The notes: generated by a model from the letters alone, not told the origin. DNA of 64,000 bases from Bacteroidota bacterium (GCA_040756745.1 JBFLYO010000002.1:25985-89984), one strand, 5' to 3'; positions 28,634-39,124 are shown, counted from the stretch's first letter. Numbers and translations are program-made.

Positions 28634-31464
28634 CAGAAATCCCATCCGAAGAAGAACTGATGGAACAATCCTGACTGGAACTGCGTGAAGTTCTTCTCTA
28701 TGCGCTTGCCGAGATCATACCGCAGGACAAGGATCCCGCCGAGGTTCATCCGGAGTCCGGCGCCGACGCTCCCCAGCGTCTGCGTGTACGCTTTGTCCCA
28801 AGCGCTGCCGGCATCGACATACAGCGCGCCGCGAATAGACCAGAAGCTGATGCCGCCGAACGGGAACCGGACGGCGAACTGATCGATGAACGGGAAACGG
28901 AGCTCATGGCTGGTGAGCCAGAGCTTTTCGCCGCGGATCGACCACCGCGGCCATCCGCGCAAGTCCCAACTGCCTCCCATGACGAACCGCCGCGATTCCT
29001 TCCCGTTGTTGTAGAAGAGCCAGAAGCGCGACGCGAACGCACTCCGGGTGGCGAGTCGGAGATAATGACGGTAGTCGGCGATGAACGTGTAATAGTTGAC
29101 GTTGGAAAACTGGATATCAGACGTGTACGCCAGCGTCACGTTGAACCTGCTGCCGTCGAGGGGGCCGCTCGGCCCCCAGAGCGAATTGTCGTGCGTGAAG
29201 GAAACCGAGTTTGACAGCAGGAGCGCACGCCGTTCGATGAACCCCAGGTCAAGTTCGCGGTTGGAGCTGCTGAGACTGATGCTGGTTTCGATCCGCTGGA
29301 ACTTGCTCAGAGGATAGCTCAGCGCGAAGTAGCCGCCGAACACCCGCTCGAAGAAGAAATCGTCCTGCACGGTGAGATCGTATCGGCGGCCGGTGAACCT
29401 GTAGATCCCGTACGCATAGTTCGTGCGCTGTCCCATCGAGATGCGGGAGATGGCGACGTTGAAGCTCGAGAGGAATTCCGACTGCGACTCCGCAGTGTTG
29501 TACAGCAGGAAATAGTATTGCTCGTTTCCCAGGAGATCGCTCAACGCAACAATGGCGCCGCCGGTCGTGCCGAACACCGGATCTGTCGAGATCGCGCTCT
29601 GTGCAATGTCGAGACTGTACTCTCCCTGATAACGAAACCGCTTCAGCTCCGAGATCCCCGCAACGGTGTTCGCCTCCCAGGGGTTCTCTTTGTCGTACAG
29701 GTCGATGATGCGGATGTCCGTTGCCGTGTCGAGCACGGCGGCGACGTTGCTGACCGCGCGGATCTGAAAGCTGAGTTTCTCAAAAGTGGCGAAGACGAGA
29801 TCGCCGCTGCGGGTCCAGGCGGGATCAAAGGCCGACGTGGTGAACCGGGTGAGGCGCGTCATCGAACGCATCCCCCCCGGAAACCGCTTCGTCATGTCGA
29901 TCGTCCAGATGTTCTGCACGTGGTCGAGATCCGAGGTGAAGGCAATGCGCCGACCGTCCTTGGACCATGCGGGCGATGCATTGGAGGCGGGGCCGTACGT
30001 GAGATACTCGATCCGTCCCGATGCAAGCTCGTACAGAAAGAGATTGTACGCGCCCTGTGCGCCAAAGGGCGTACGGTCGGAAGCGAACGCGATCCACTTG
30101 CCGTCGGGAGACCACGCAGGGTCGCGGTCGTCGTAGTAGTCGTTCGTCAGCCGGCGCAGCTCGCGGGACGACACGGTGAGGATATACAGGTCGTTGTCTC
30201 CTCCCTTCGTGATGGCAGTGAATGCAAGCTGCTCGCCGTCGGGCGACCAGGAGACGGAGCCGATGCTGACGAGGTCCTTGAAGCGCAGCGTCTGCTGAAT
30301 ATTCCCCGTGTGCGCATCGGCAACGTGCAGTGCATCGTGTTCGCCGCTCTTGGTCACAAAGGCCAGGCGCCCGTACCGCGACACGTCGATCCGGCTCCGG
30401 AAGGGATGAAACGCCTCAAGCTCGTCGGTCTGCTCCCCTTCCACGATGTTGACCGCCTCCGCGTCGGGATCCTTATCGTCCATATTTTTTGCGTAGATGC
30501 CGGTGTACCCCGTCCGGTTGCCGATGAAGTAGACCGTGCGCTCCGAGTCGGCTTCGAACACGACCGGTTTCGAATTAAATCCTTCCTTCACAATGCTGAT
30601 GGTAGCCATGCTCGGGGCGTCGTGCGCGGCGAGGAGAGGGAAATGCTGCTTCTTCAGCGCGTAGAGCCACTCTTCGTCGAATTCCTTGTATGTCTTCCCG
30701 ATCGTGATCTTGAAGACATCGCTGAACGAGCTCTCTTTCCAGAAGTTCTCCAGGAGGAGCAGGATCTTCTCCTCGCCGTAGGCCCGTGAGATGTATTGCA
30801 GGGCATTCTGTCCCTCCTTATACATCAGGAAGGTGCCGTAAATTCGGTCCATGTTGTCGAGCCCCACGGCGGTCTCGTTCAGCACCATGTCGCGCATGAC
30901 CATCTCCGCCTGCGCATCCCAGTCGGTGGACCAGTATTCTGCCAGACCTTCCGTGAACCAGAGGGGAGGCATGCGGTCCACCGGCTTGCGGTGGTCGCTG
31001 AGCACGCGCGTCACCTTGCTCGTCATGAAGACGTGGACGAGCTCATGCCTGATGACGTGACGGAACTGCGCCGTCGATCCGTCGGCGGGGATTACCACGC
31101 GCCCCTTGAGGAACTCGAAAAACCCCCCGACTCCCTCCGGGATGAAGCCGCCGGTGGTGTTCGTTTGTTCAAAATGGAGATGCGAGCTGTAGAAGATCAG
31201 TGGCACGCGCGTGTTGAGCGTGTGGTTGAACTTCTCCTGCAGGACCTTGTAGCTCTCCTCGGCGAAGAACGCCCCGCGTTCGGCGAGGTCCTTCATCTCG
31301 GTGTAGTAATAGATGTCGAAGTGCTCGGTCTTGAGCACATGCCACTCGAAATCCGTGTACTGCACCTTGTTCCGGCCGAACCAGAAGAATTGGGCGTGGA
31401 GCGGCGCGTCTGCGGCGAGCAGGAGAAGGAGGGCGAGTGCCGGAATTCGGGCAGACCGATTCAT
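28633..31464 (-). CDS. Omp85-family protein with N-terminal HExxH metallopeptidase and TolB/PD40 propeller
   Basis: FGRNKVQY, RHELVH..PLWFTEGLAEY, WSPDG repeats, MGGSWDLRGW loop, terminal GWDF. Confidence 0.82.
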   Translation of the reverse strand: MNRSARIPALALLLLLAADAPLHAQFFWFGRNKVQYTDFEWHVLKTEHFDIYYYTEMKDLAERGAFFAEESYKVLQEKFNHTLNTRVPLIFYSSHLHFEQTNTTGGFIPEGVGGFFEFLKGRVVIPADGSTAQFRHVIRHELVHVFMTSKVTRVLSDHRKPVDRMPPLWFTEGLAEYWSTDWDAQAEMVMRDMVLNETAVGLDNMDRIYGTFLMYKEGQNALQYISRAYGEEKILLLLENFWKESSFSDVFKITIGKTYKEFDEEWLYALKKQHFPLLAAHDAPSMATISIVKEGFNSKPVVFEADSERTVYFIGNRTGYTGIYAKNMDDKDPDAEAVNIVEGEQTDELEAFHPFRSRIDVSRYGRLAFVTKSGEHDALHVADAHTGNIQQTLRFKDLVSIGSVSWSPDGEQLAFTAITKGGDNDLYILTVSSRELRRLTNDYYDDRDPAWSPDGKWIAFASDRTPFGAQGAYNLFLYELASGRIEYLTYGPASNASPAWSKDGRRIAFTSDLDHVQNIWTIDMTKRFPGGMRSMTRLTRFTTSAFDPAWTRSGDLVFATFEKLSFQIRAVSNVAAVLDTATDIRIIDLYDKENPWEANTVAGISELKRFRYQGEYSLDIAQSAISTDPVFGTTGGAIVALSDLLGNEQYYFLLYNTAESQSEFLSSFNVAISRISMGQRTNYAYGIYRFTGRRYDLTVQDDFFFERVFGGYFALSYPLSKFQRIETSISLSSSNRELDLGFIERRALLLSNSVSFTHDNSLWGPSGPLDGSRFNVTLAYTSDIQFSNVNYYTFIADYRHYLRLATRSAFASRFWLFYNNGKESRRFVMGGSWDLRGWPRWSIRGEKLWLTSHELRFPFIDQFAVRFPFGGISFWSIRGALYVDAGSAWDKAYTQTLGSVGAGLRMNLGGILVLRYDLGKRIEKNFTQFQSGLFHQFFFGWDF

Positions 31465-31508
31465 GTCCGTGTGCGAGAGGTGCGGCGTGCGCTTCGCACC
31501 CCCGGGCC

Positions 31509-31604
31509 CTACCAGGATGTTCCGTTGCGGAAGACTGTGACGAACAGGATAAGGGCGAACGTCACAATCGCGACACCGATGGCGATCTTCTGTTGCTTGG
31601 TCAT
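31509..31604 (-). CDS. Unannotated 31-aa single-pass membrane protein
   Basis: MTKQQKIAIGVAIVTFALILFVTVFRNGTSW*; ATG overlaps the pgi/pmi stop (ATGA); GC3-rich codons. Confidence 0.6.
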   Translation of the reverse strand: MTKQQKIAIGVAIVTFALILFVTVFRNGTSW

Positions 31605-32650
31605 GCTCTGGCCAGTTCCTGTTTCAATGTGTCGATCACCTCGACGGGGGTCGGATCAACGCCGTTCAGGACGGCGAGATACAGACTCATCCAGTCGCCC
31701 AGCGAGATCAGCGAGAAAACCCTGGCGAGCAGCGACGACCCCTCGCTCCAGACTTCGGTGATGTGGTGTGTGTACTGCGCGATCATCCCTTTGGTCAGCT
31801 CCATCCGCATCCGGACGCGCGGATGGTCGTCCTTGTCCCGAAGGAACAACACCTGGAGTTCGCGCATTGGTTCCCTCAGTGCGTTCCAACCCACCAGCTC
31901 GTTGTGGTTCATTTCGGGGAGCACGTGACCGAAGGCAAGCGATTTCCCGTTCTCGGCGATCTGTCCGCGCCAGCGGGTGTTCACGGCATCAAACCGCTCT
32001 GCAGCCGAGTAGATGACCCCGATGCGGCCTCGCAGTTGCTGGGCGAGCATGAGGGCGGTGTTCGCGCCCCCCCCGGCGTCTGCATAGAGGATTGACCGCT
32101 GTTCGAGCATCGCAATGGTCTCGCGGATGTCCCGGCTCCGGTCGCGCACAAACCCTATGCGCGCAAGGGCAATCAGCAGGGGAAAGAACGAATACCCGAG
32201 CGCCGCACGCGGAGGATGTCCGCCGGGGACGAGGATCAGCGGCGATTTCTTTTTCCGGGCCGTCGCTGCCGTGACACCTCCCGAGGTGATGCACAGGATC
32301 TTTGCGCGCCGTCGGACCGCTTCGCGGTGCGCGGCGATGGTCTCCTCGGTGTTCCCGGAATAGCTGGAGATGATGACGAGCGTCCGCGGGCCGACGAATG
32401 CCGGGAGGGTGTACATTCGGTTGACGATGAACGGGATGCGCAATTCGCCGGCGAGGTAGCTCCTAAGGAGATCCCCGCCGATCGCGGATCCTCCCAGGCC
32501 GCAGAGCACGATCTGTTCGACGCCACGTGCCCGATGGCGCAGTGCCGCATCGTCCCCGATCGCGACGGCCTCACGCACCTGCGAAGGAAAGTTCTTCAGA
32601 AGATCATACATGCCGCTCCGGTCGACTGCACGGATTTCTTGAAGAGTCAT
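31601..32650 (-). CDS. Bifunctional phosphoglucose/phosphomannose isomerase
   Basis: CGLGGSAIGGD, SSYSGNTEET, PRAALGY, RWRGQIAENGK, PEMNHNE. Confidence 0.92.
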   Translation of the reverse strand: MTLQEIRAVDRSGMYDLLKNFPSQVREAVAIGDDAALRHRARGVEQIVLCGLGGSAIGGDLLRSYLAGELRIPFIVNRMYTLPAFVGPRTLVIISSYSGNTEETIAAHREAVRRRAKILCITSGGVTAATARKKKSPLILVPGGHPPRAALGYSFFPLLIALARIGFVRDRSRDIRETIAMLEQRSILYADAGGGANTALMLAQQLRGRIGVIYSAAERFDAVNTRWRGQIAENGKSLAFGHVLPEMNHNELVGWNALREPMRELQVLFLRDKDDHPRVRMRMELTKGMIAQYTHHITEVWSEGSSLLARVFSLISLGDWMSLYLAVLNGVDPTPVEVIDTLKQELARA

Positions 32651-32672
32651 GTTGTGTCGCTCCTGGTCGAAG

Positions 32673-34436
32673 TTACGTGTCGAGTGGGATATCCGGGACC
32701 CTGGACTTGATGGTCGAGGAGAGGAATTCCCGGATCTCGGGCTCGGTGGCCATTGACAGCACCTTCTCTGCCACCCGCTTCGCGTCCTTCTGCCGGATGG
32801 AGAGGATAATCTTCTTGATCTCCGGGAGCACCGTCGGGATGACGCTCAGTTCGTCGATGCCGAGGCCGACGAGCAGGACGGTGGCCAGCGGATCGCCGGC
32901 CATCTCGCCGCACATCCCGACCCAGACGCCGCGCTTGTGCCCCGCGTCGATGATCTGCTTGATCGTCCTGAGCACGGCCGGATTGAATTGCTGATAGAGC
33001 GGTGCGACCGCATCATTGTCCCGGTCGACGGCCAGCAGGTACTGGATCAGATCGTTCGTGCCGATGCTGAGGAAATCGACCTCCGCGGCGATCTCTTCGG
33101 CCAGCACCGCGGCTGAGGGAACCTCGATCATCACGCCGATCTTGATCTTCGGGTCGTAGCCGATCCCGCGCGCATCGAGATCCTTCTTCGCGCGGTCGAC
33201 CATAGCCTTCGCCCGCCGGACCTCCTGAAGCGTCGAGACCATCGGGAACATGATCTGGACGTTCTTGCGCGCACTTGCCCTGAGGATGCCGCGCAACTGG
33301 TCGAGGAACAGATCCGGCCGGTCGAGAAGCACGCGAATGCCCCGCCAGCCGAGGAACGGGTTGGCTTCATGCTCGCTGTCGGGCGAGATCTTGTCGCCCC
33401 CGACGTCGAACGTGCGGAAGATGACCGAGTTCGGGTAGACCGCTTCGGCCACCTTGCGGTAGGCTTCAAATTGTTCATCCTCGGCAGGGTAGGTCCCGCG
33501 GCCGAGGAGCTGGCTCTCGGTCCGGAACAACCCGACCCCCGCCGAGCCCTGTCGCAGGGCGAATTCGATTTCGTCGTCGAATTCGATGTTGGCCGACAGC
33601 TCGATGTGCTTGTGGTCGAGTGTCTCGGCTGTCAGTCCCGCAATGTCGACGAGCCGCTCCTCGAATTCCCTGAAGCGCTGCTTCTTCCGCATCAGCGTCT
33701 GCACCGTTTCCTCGGAGGGACGAATGACGATCAGCCCGGCGTAGCCGTCGATGGCGATCCTGTCGCCCGTCATGACCTCGTGCGTTGCGGTGTGAAGACC
33801 GACGACGGCAGGGATCTTCAACGAGCGGGAGAGGATGGCTGCGTGCGAGGTGACGCCGCCGAGGTCCGTGGCATAGCCAAGAATCTGGTTGCGGCTGAAG
33901 ATGACGGTGTCGGCAGGGGCGAGGGTTTCCGAGACGATGATGGATTCTCCTTCGAGGCGCGAGAAGAGCTTCTGGTCCCGGATGTTCCGGATGATCCTGT
34001 TCATGACGTCGTCCACGTCGTGCGCCCGCTCGTGCATGTACTCGTCGGGAGCAGCGAGCATGAGCTGCTTGTACTTGCTGATCTCGTCCGCCACGATGAA
34101 CTCGGCATTCTTCAGCTCACGTGCGATCCGCGCCTCGATCGTCCCCATCAGGATCGTATCGGCGAGGATCATGATCTGCGCTTCGAAGATCCTGGCGCTC
34201 TGCGATCCCAGCTTCTGCTCGGCGAAGGCATGGATCTTCTTCAGCTCCTTTTCGGAGCGCGCATTCGCGGTGCGGAGGCGCTGGATCTCCGACTCCACCT
34301 CAGCGGGGGAGATCGGTTTCTCCTGCACGACGGGGGCCTGCTTGCTGTAGAGGTACGCGGGACCGAACGCGATGCCCGGCGCGGCGGCGATCCCCTTCAG
34401 CACGAGTTCCTGCCCCGTGGCAGCGGCGGTGTACAT
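32673..34436 (-). CDS. ptsI: PTS enzyme I
   Basis: GGVTSHAAIL phospho-His, GVGLFRTE, EANPFLGWRG, SIGTNDL, GMCGE. Confidence 0.95.
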   Translation of the reverse strand: MYTAAATGQELVLKGIAAAPGIAFGPAYLYSKQAPVVQEKPISPAEVESEIQRLRTANARSEKELKKIHAFAEQKLGSQSARIFEAQIMILADTILMGTIEARIARELKNAEFIVADEISKYKQLMLAAPDEYMHERAHDVDDVMNRIIRNIRDQKLFSRLEGESIIVSETLAPADTVIFSRNQILGYATDLGGVTSHAAILSRSLKIPAVVGLHTATHEVMTGDRIAIDGYAGLIVIRPSEETVQTLMRKKQRFREFEERLVDIAGLTAETLDHKHIELSANIEFDDEIEFALRQGSAGVGLFRTESQLLGRGTYPAEDEQFEAYRKVAEAVYPNSVIFRTFDVGGDKISPDSEHEANPFLGWRGIRVLLDRPDLFLDQLRGILRASARKNVQIMFPMVSTLQEVRRAKAMVDRAKKDLDARGIGYDPKIKIGVMIEVPSAAVLAEEIAAEVDFLSIGTNDLIQYLLAVDRDNDAVAPLYQQFNPAVLRTIKQIIDAGHKRGVWVGMCGEMAGDPLATVLLVGLGIDELSVIPTVLPEIKKIILSIRQKDAKRVAEKVLSMATEPEIREFLSSTIKSRVPDIPLDT

Positions 34437-34437
34437 G

Positions 34438-34704
34438 CTACTCCTCGTCGAATTTCCGTTCGAACAGGCTCACGATGGCCTCGGCGGCGGCCTCCTCATC
34501 GGGGCCTTCCACTCTGATGGTGAGGGTCGATCCCATCTCGGCGGCGAGAGTCATGACCCCGATGATGCTTTTTCCGTTGATCTCAAGATTGTCCTTGGCG
34601 ATGAACAGGTCGGACTGGAACCGCGCGGCGGTCTTGACGAGCGTTGCCGCCGGACGCGTGTGCAGACCCTTGGTGTTCACGATGGTGACGGTGCGCTCGA
34701 TCAT
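34438..34704 (-). CDS. ptsH: Phosphocarrier protein HPr
   Basis: GLHTRPAA (His15), NGKSIIGVM (Ser46). Confidence 0.95.
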   Translation of the reverse strand: MIERTVTIVNTKGLHTRPAATLVKTAARFQSDLFIAKDNLEINGKSIIGVMTLAAEMGSTLTIRVEGPDEEAAAEAIVSLFERKFDEE

Positions 34705-34711
34705 CGCCGTC

Positions 34712-35737
34712 TCACGAAGCCCGCGTCACGAGGTCTTCCGCGAGCGCCCGCAGCGTCTCCCGTGCCGGCGAGGGGGGGAGACGGTCGAGGCCGGCGAGTG
34801 CCTCCGTGGTACTTCGCCGGACAAGGCGTCGTGCGTCGTCGAGCACCCCGAGCCGTTCGTAGATCGACTTCACCTCCGCAACGAGCGTCCGTCCGGAGCC
34901 GGTCACGTGTCCACGCACGGATTTCCACCCTGACCCCGGGCCAGTCCTGCTCAGGACCTGTCTGATCACTGTCCTGTCGTTCCCCCGCGCCCGCGCGGCT
35001 GCCGTCAGAAGCAGATAGGTCCGCTTTCCCTCGAGGATATCTCCGCCGGTCGATTTGCCGAAGTGGCGCGGGTCGGCCACGACATCGAGCAGGTCGTCCT
35101 GGAGCTGGAATGCGCGCCCCAGGCGAAGCGCAAACCTGCGAAGCGCATCTCCCTGCGAGCGCGTTGCCCCGCCGATTACTCCCCCCAGCTCAGCGGCGGT
35201 CGCGATGAGCTTCGCCGTCTTCATCTCGATCATCCTGAAGTATTCGGGGACGGTGACGTCGGCGCGCCGTTCAAACGCGAGGTCCATCGCCTGTCCGTCG
35301 CACACGTCGGCCAAGCCGCGTGTGAGGATGCCGGCGAGCAGGTCACCTGCGCTGCCCGCGCTCTCCAGGAGGACTTCATATGCGGTGCCAAGAAGAACGT
35401 CACCGACGAGCAGGGCGTGATTGACGTTCCACCGCTTGTGTACAGTTGGCCGCCCGCGCCGCACGGCGGCATTGTCCATGATGTCGTCGTGCACAAGCGT
35501 GAAGTTGTGCAAGAGCTCAACCGCGGCAGCAGCATTGACGGCCCGCGCAGCGGATCCCCCGACGGCCTGGCATGAGAGCACCACCATCGCCCCGCGGATT
35601 CTCTTGCCTCCCGAACGGATGACGTAGCGGCAGGCATCGCGCAGGTCGCGCGGAGAGCCTGCAAACGAAAGACGCGTGAGCCGGCGCTCGATGCCGGCAC
35701 GGATTTCCGCCAGTCGGCGGAAGGCATCGGCTGTCAT
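34712..35737 (-). CDS. Polyprenyl diphosphate synthase (GGPP synthase-like)
   Basis: GGKRIR, FTLVHDDIMD, MKTA, FQLQDDLLD. Confidence 0.92.
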   Translation of the reverse strand: MTADAFRRLAEIRAGIERRLTRLSFAGSPRDLRDACRYVIRSGGKRIRGAMVVLSCQAVGGSAARAVNAAAAVELLHNFTLVHDDIMDNAAVRRGRPTVHKRWNVNHALLVGDVLLGTAYEVLLESAGSAGDLLAGILTRGLADVCDGQAMDLAFERRADVTVPEYFRMIEMKTAKLIATAAELGGVIGGATRSQGDALRRFALRLGRAFQLQDDLLDVVADPRHFGKSTGGDILEGKRTYLLLTAAARARGNDRTVIRQVLSRTGPGSGWKSVRGHVTGSGRTLVAEVKSIYERLGVLDDARRLVRRSTTEALAGLDRLPPSPARETLRALAEDLVTRAS

Positions 35738-36789
35738 GGAAGCTTGGACGTGGCAAGGGGAGCCGAGTGCAGGTCGGCGACACCGCGGCTGCCGGTGAGG
35801 AACATCGCGCCGCGAAGCTCAAACGCCCACGAGTCAATCAGGGCGCGAAGCCCGCGCACCCCCCCCCGGTGAAGCGCAGTCAGCATCGGGCGCGCCGCTG
35901 CGACCAGGTCGGCGCCCAGTGCAATGCACTTGGCAGCATCGAGTCCGGACGAAATCCCCCCCGATGCGATGAGGGTGAACTCCATTCCTTCACGGCGAAG
36001 AGCCGCTGCGCCGCGCACCGCGTCCGCCGTCGGTATCCCCCAGTCCCAGAAATTCGCGCCGCCGGAATGGTCGGTCCGCCTGTGAATCTCCACGCCAGCC
36101 CAGCTCGTCCCCCCGGCTCCCGCCACGTCGATGAAGCGAACCCCTACCTCCAGCAAACGGCGCACCACCGCTGCGGAGAGCCCCGCCCCGATCTCTTTGA
36201 TGATCACGGGGACAGGGAGGGAGCGGACGAGCATCCTGATCCCTTCCAGGACCCCACGAAAGCGCGGATTGCCTTCGGGCTGGAGCAATTCCTGGAGCGG
36301 ATTGAGGTGGACAGCGAATGCGTCGGCCCGTACCAGGTCCACAAGCCGTTGGGCGGAGGAAGGATCGCTCATGCGGCCGACTTCCGCCGCGCCGATGTTC
36401 CCCACTACGGGGATGGAATGGGCTACCTCGCGCACGACGCTAAACGTCCGGTGGTACTGAACGTCCTCCAGTGCCTGGCGCTGGCTCCCAACCCCCAAGG
36501 CGATGCGTTTCTCTTCACAGACCTCGGCGAGGCGGCGGTTGATCGTCAATGCGTCGGCATAGCCCCCCGTCATGCAGGAGACCATGAACGGAAGGGAAAG
36601 CTCACGACCAAGAAATGTCGTCCGCGTATCGACCTCGACCAGGTCGAGCTCCGGAAGGGCGTTGTGAACGAACTCGAGCCGTTCCAAGCCCGTCGTCTTA
36701 GCCCGGAACCCCACATCCCGTGTCAGCGCGATTGTGACGTGTTCCTTCTTGCGCGATGTTGTACTGCGACGGGCGGCCTTCCTGGGCAT
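35734..36789 (-). CDS. fni: Type 2 (FMN-dependent) isopentenyl diphosphate isomerase
   Basis: RKKEH, HNALPE, MTGG, GSQR, HLNPLQE, KEIG, GAGGTSW. Confidence 0.93.
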   Translation of the reverse strand: MPRKAARRSTTSRKKEHVTIALTRDVGFRAKTTGLERLEFVHNALPELDLVEVDTRTTFLGRELSLPFMVSCMTGGYADALTINRRLAEVCEEKRIALGVGSQRQALEDVQYHRTFSVVREVAHSIPVVGNIGAAEVGRMSDPSSAQRLVDLVRADAFAVHLNPLQELLQPEGNPRFRGVLEGIRMLVRSLPVPVIIKEIGAGLSAAVVRRLLEVGVRFIDVAGAGGTSWAGVEIHRRTDHSGGANFWDWGIPTADAVRGAAALRREGMEFTLIASGGISSGLDAAKCIALGADLVAAARPMLTALHRGGVRGLRALIDSWAFELRGAMFLTGSRGVADLHSAPLATSKLP

Positions 36790-36823
36790 GAGTCGGTTAC
36801 GCTCGAAAGGAGGAATTCAAGAA

Positions 36824-36915
36824 AACATAGCGATTTGACCCCTGAGAATCAATCGACGTTCGCGACTCATGATGCGCGTGAGTTTATTGATTCTCGGCGG
36901 CGAGTTGCGTATCTT
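36824..36915. promoter_or_regulatory. Back-to-back sigma70 promoters (fni operon / nucleotidyltransferase-metK-ahcY)
   Basis: - strand TTGATT(36852-47)-17-TATGTT; + strand TTGATT(36887-92)-17-TATCTT. Confidence 0.6.
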
Positions 36916-36960
36916 TATTGACCCGTGTTTCTTCAGGTCTGAAGCGAGTACCCTCATTCG

Positions 36961-37938
36961 ATGCGCGCCATAATACCGGTGGCGGGAGTCGGCAGCCGGC
37001 TCCGCCCCCATACCTTCACGCTCCCCAAAGTACTCCTCAACGTCGCGGGCAAGCCGATCCTCGGCCACATCATCGACAAGGTGATCGGCGAGGGGATCAC
37101 CAGCGCGACGATCGTCGTGGGGCACATGAGCGAGAAGATCCGGGAGTATGTATCGACGGCCTATCCGTCATTTGCCGTGGAGTACGTCGAACAGGAGGAG
37201 CGCCTCGGCCTGGGCCATGCGATCTTCCTCTCGCGACAGAGCATCGGCAAGGGCCCGGTGCTCATCATCCTCGGCGATACTATCTTCGACGTGGACCTGA
37301 AGCCCGTGTTGAAGCGGGGCCTTTCGGCGCTCGGCGTTAAAGCCGTGGAAGATCCCCGGCGGTTCGGCGTTGCGGAAATGAGCGACGGGGTTATTACACG
37401 GCTCGTGGAAAAACCTGAAAAACCCACGACGAACCTGGCTGTCGTCGGCCTCTATTATATACAGAACGGCACGCTCCTCACCCAGTGCCTCTGCGACCTC
37501 GTGGAGCGTGACAAGAGGACCAAAGGGGAATACCAGCTCACCGACGCTCTCCAGATGATGATCGATCGGGGGGAGCGAATGGTCTCCTTCCCCGTCGAGG
37601 GGTGGTACGACTGCGGAAAGCCGGAAACACTGCTCTCAACGAACCGGGCGTTGCTGGAGAAACGATCCACGAGCCGGGCGATTCCCGGTGTGGTCGTAAA
37701 TGAGCCGGTCTACATCGCACCCACGGCTGTCCTTGCGAATTGCATCATTGGCCCCAATACCACCGTCGGCGACCACGCGGAGATCTCAGATGCGGTGATC
37801 CGTAATTCGATCATCAGCGAGGGCGCCCGTGTCTTCGGCGCCCTGCTGGAGAACTCAATCGTCGGCAATGGATCAGTGCTCACAGGCAGCTACAAGCGGA
37901 TCAACGTCGGGGGCGCCTCGGAAATCGACTTCTTCTAG
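36961..37938 (+). CDS. Sugar-phosphate nucleotidyltransferase (long glucose-1-P thymidylyltransferase type)
   Basis: [31 protein letters not shown]-terminal beta-helix. Confidence 0.88.
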   Translation: MRAIIPVAGVGSRLRPHTFTLPKVLLNVAGKPILGHIIDKVIGEGITSATIVVGHMSEKIREYVSTAYPSFAVEYVEQEERLGLGHAIFLSRQSIGKGPVLIILGDTIFDVDLKPVLKRGLSALGVKAVEDPRRFGVAEMSDGVITRLVEKPEKPTTNLAVVGLYYIQNGTLLTQCLCDLVERDKRTKGEYQLTDALQMMIDRGERMVSFPVEGWYDCGKPETLLSTNRALLEKRSTSRAIPGVVVNEPVYIAPTAVLANCIIGPNTTVGDHAEISDAVIRNSIISEGARVFGALLENSIVGNGSVLTGSYKRINVGGASEIDFF

Positions 37939-37981
37939 CGCTGCAGTAGAACCTCATAACGTCAATTCTCACGGGAGCATC

Positions 37982-39124
37982 ATGTCATACCTCTTTACGT
38001 CCGAGTCGGTCTCGGAAGGCCATCCGGATAAGGTCTGCGACCAGATCTCGGACGCCGTGCTGGACGCCATCCTCGAGCAGGACAAGATGGCGCGGGTGGC
38101 GTGCGAGAGCTTCGTCACCACAGGCCTGGCCTTTGTGGGGGGCGAGATCACCACGCATGCCTATATCGAAGTGCAGGACATCGTCCGGCAGGTCATCCGC
38201 GATATCGGCTACACCAAGGCGGAGTACCGCTTCGACGCCGAATCCTGCTCCGTCATTTCGAGCATCCATGCGCAGTCGCCGGACATCGCGCGGGGCGTGG
38301 ATACCGGCGGCGCCGGGGACCAGGGGATGATGTTCGGATATGCGACCAATGAGACCCCCGAGTTCATGCCGATGCCGATCATCTTTGCGCACCGGCTCGT
38401 CAAGCGACTCGCGGACGTCAGGAAAAAGCACAACAGGCTGATGCCATACCTCCGCCCGGATGCGAAATCGCAGGTGACGGTAGAATACCACGGGCGCCGG
38501 CCGACACGCGTTCACACGATCGTCGTTTCTACTCAGCACGACGGGGACGCAGCACAGAAGCGGATCAAGGAAGACGTCATCCGGCACGTGATCCGGGAAG
38601 TGATCCCTGAAAACCTGCTCGACAAGCAGACCATCGTTCACGTCAACCCGACCGGCCGGTTTGAGATCGGCGGGCCGCACGGGGACAGCGGACTGACAGG
38701 GCGGAAGATTATTGTCGACACCTACGGCGGCAGGGCACCTCATGGAGGAGGAGCGTTCTCGGGGAAAGATCCCTCGAAGGTGGACAGAAGCGCCGCTTAC
38801 GCAACCCGGCATATCGCGAAAAACATCGTAGCGTCCGGGCTTGCCGATGACTGTCTGATTCAGGTGGCATATGCCATCGGTGTTGCGGAGCCGGTCTCTG
38901 TGCACGTTGAGACATTTGGCACAGGACGCATTCCGGACGTCGAGCTGGAGAAAGTGATCGTAAAGGAGATCGACATGACCCCGCGCGGCATCATCAAGCG
39001 CCTGGATCTCCGTCGCCCCATCTACCGGAAGACCGCCGCGTACGGTCATTTCGGGAGGAACGAGAAGGAGTTTACCTGGGAAAAATTGGACCTGGTTCAG
39101 ACGTTATTGAAGGCGATCAAATAG
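37982..39124 (+). CDS. metK: S-adenosylmethionine synthetase
   Basis: [28 protein letters not shown]. Confidence 0.98.
   Translation: MSYLFTSESVSEGHPDKVCDQISDAVLDAILEQDKMARVACESFVTTGLAFVGGEITTHAYIEVQDIVRQVIRDIGYTKAEYRFDAESCSVISSIHAQSPDIARGVDTGGAGDQGMMFGYATNETPEFMPMPIIFAHRLVKRLADVRKKHNRLMPYLRPDAKSQVTVEYHGRRPTRVHTIVVSTQHDGDAAQKRIKEDVIRHVIREVIPENLLDKQTIVHVNPTGRFEIGGPHGDSGLTGRKIIVDTYGGRAPHGGGAFSGKDPSKVDRSAAYATRHIAKNIVASGLADDCLIQVAYAIGVAEPVSVHVETFGTGRIPDVELEKVIVKEIDMTPRGIIKRLDLRRPIYRKTAAYGHFGRNEKEFTWEKLDLVQTLLKAIK

Noticed and set aside
37939-37981. SAM or SAH riboswitch before metK or ahcY
   Set aside because: Both gaps are only about 43 bp with no recognisable aptamer
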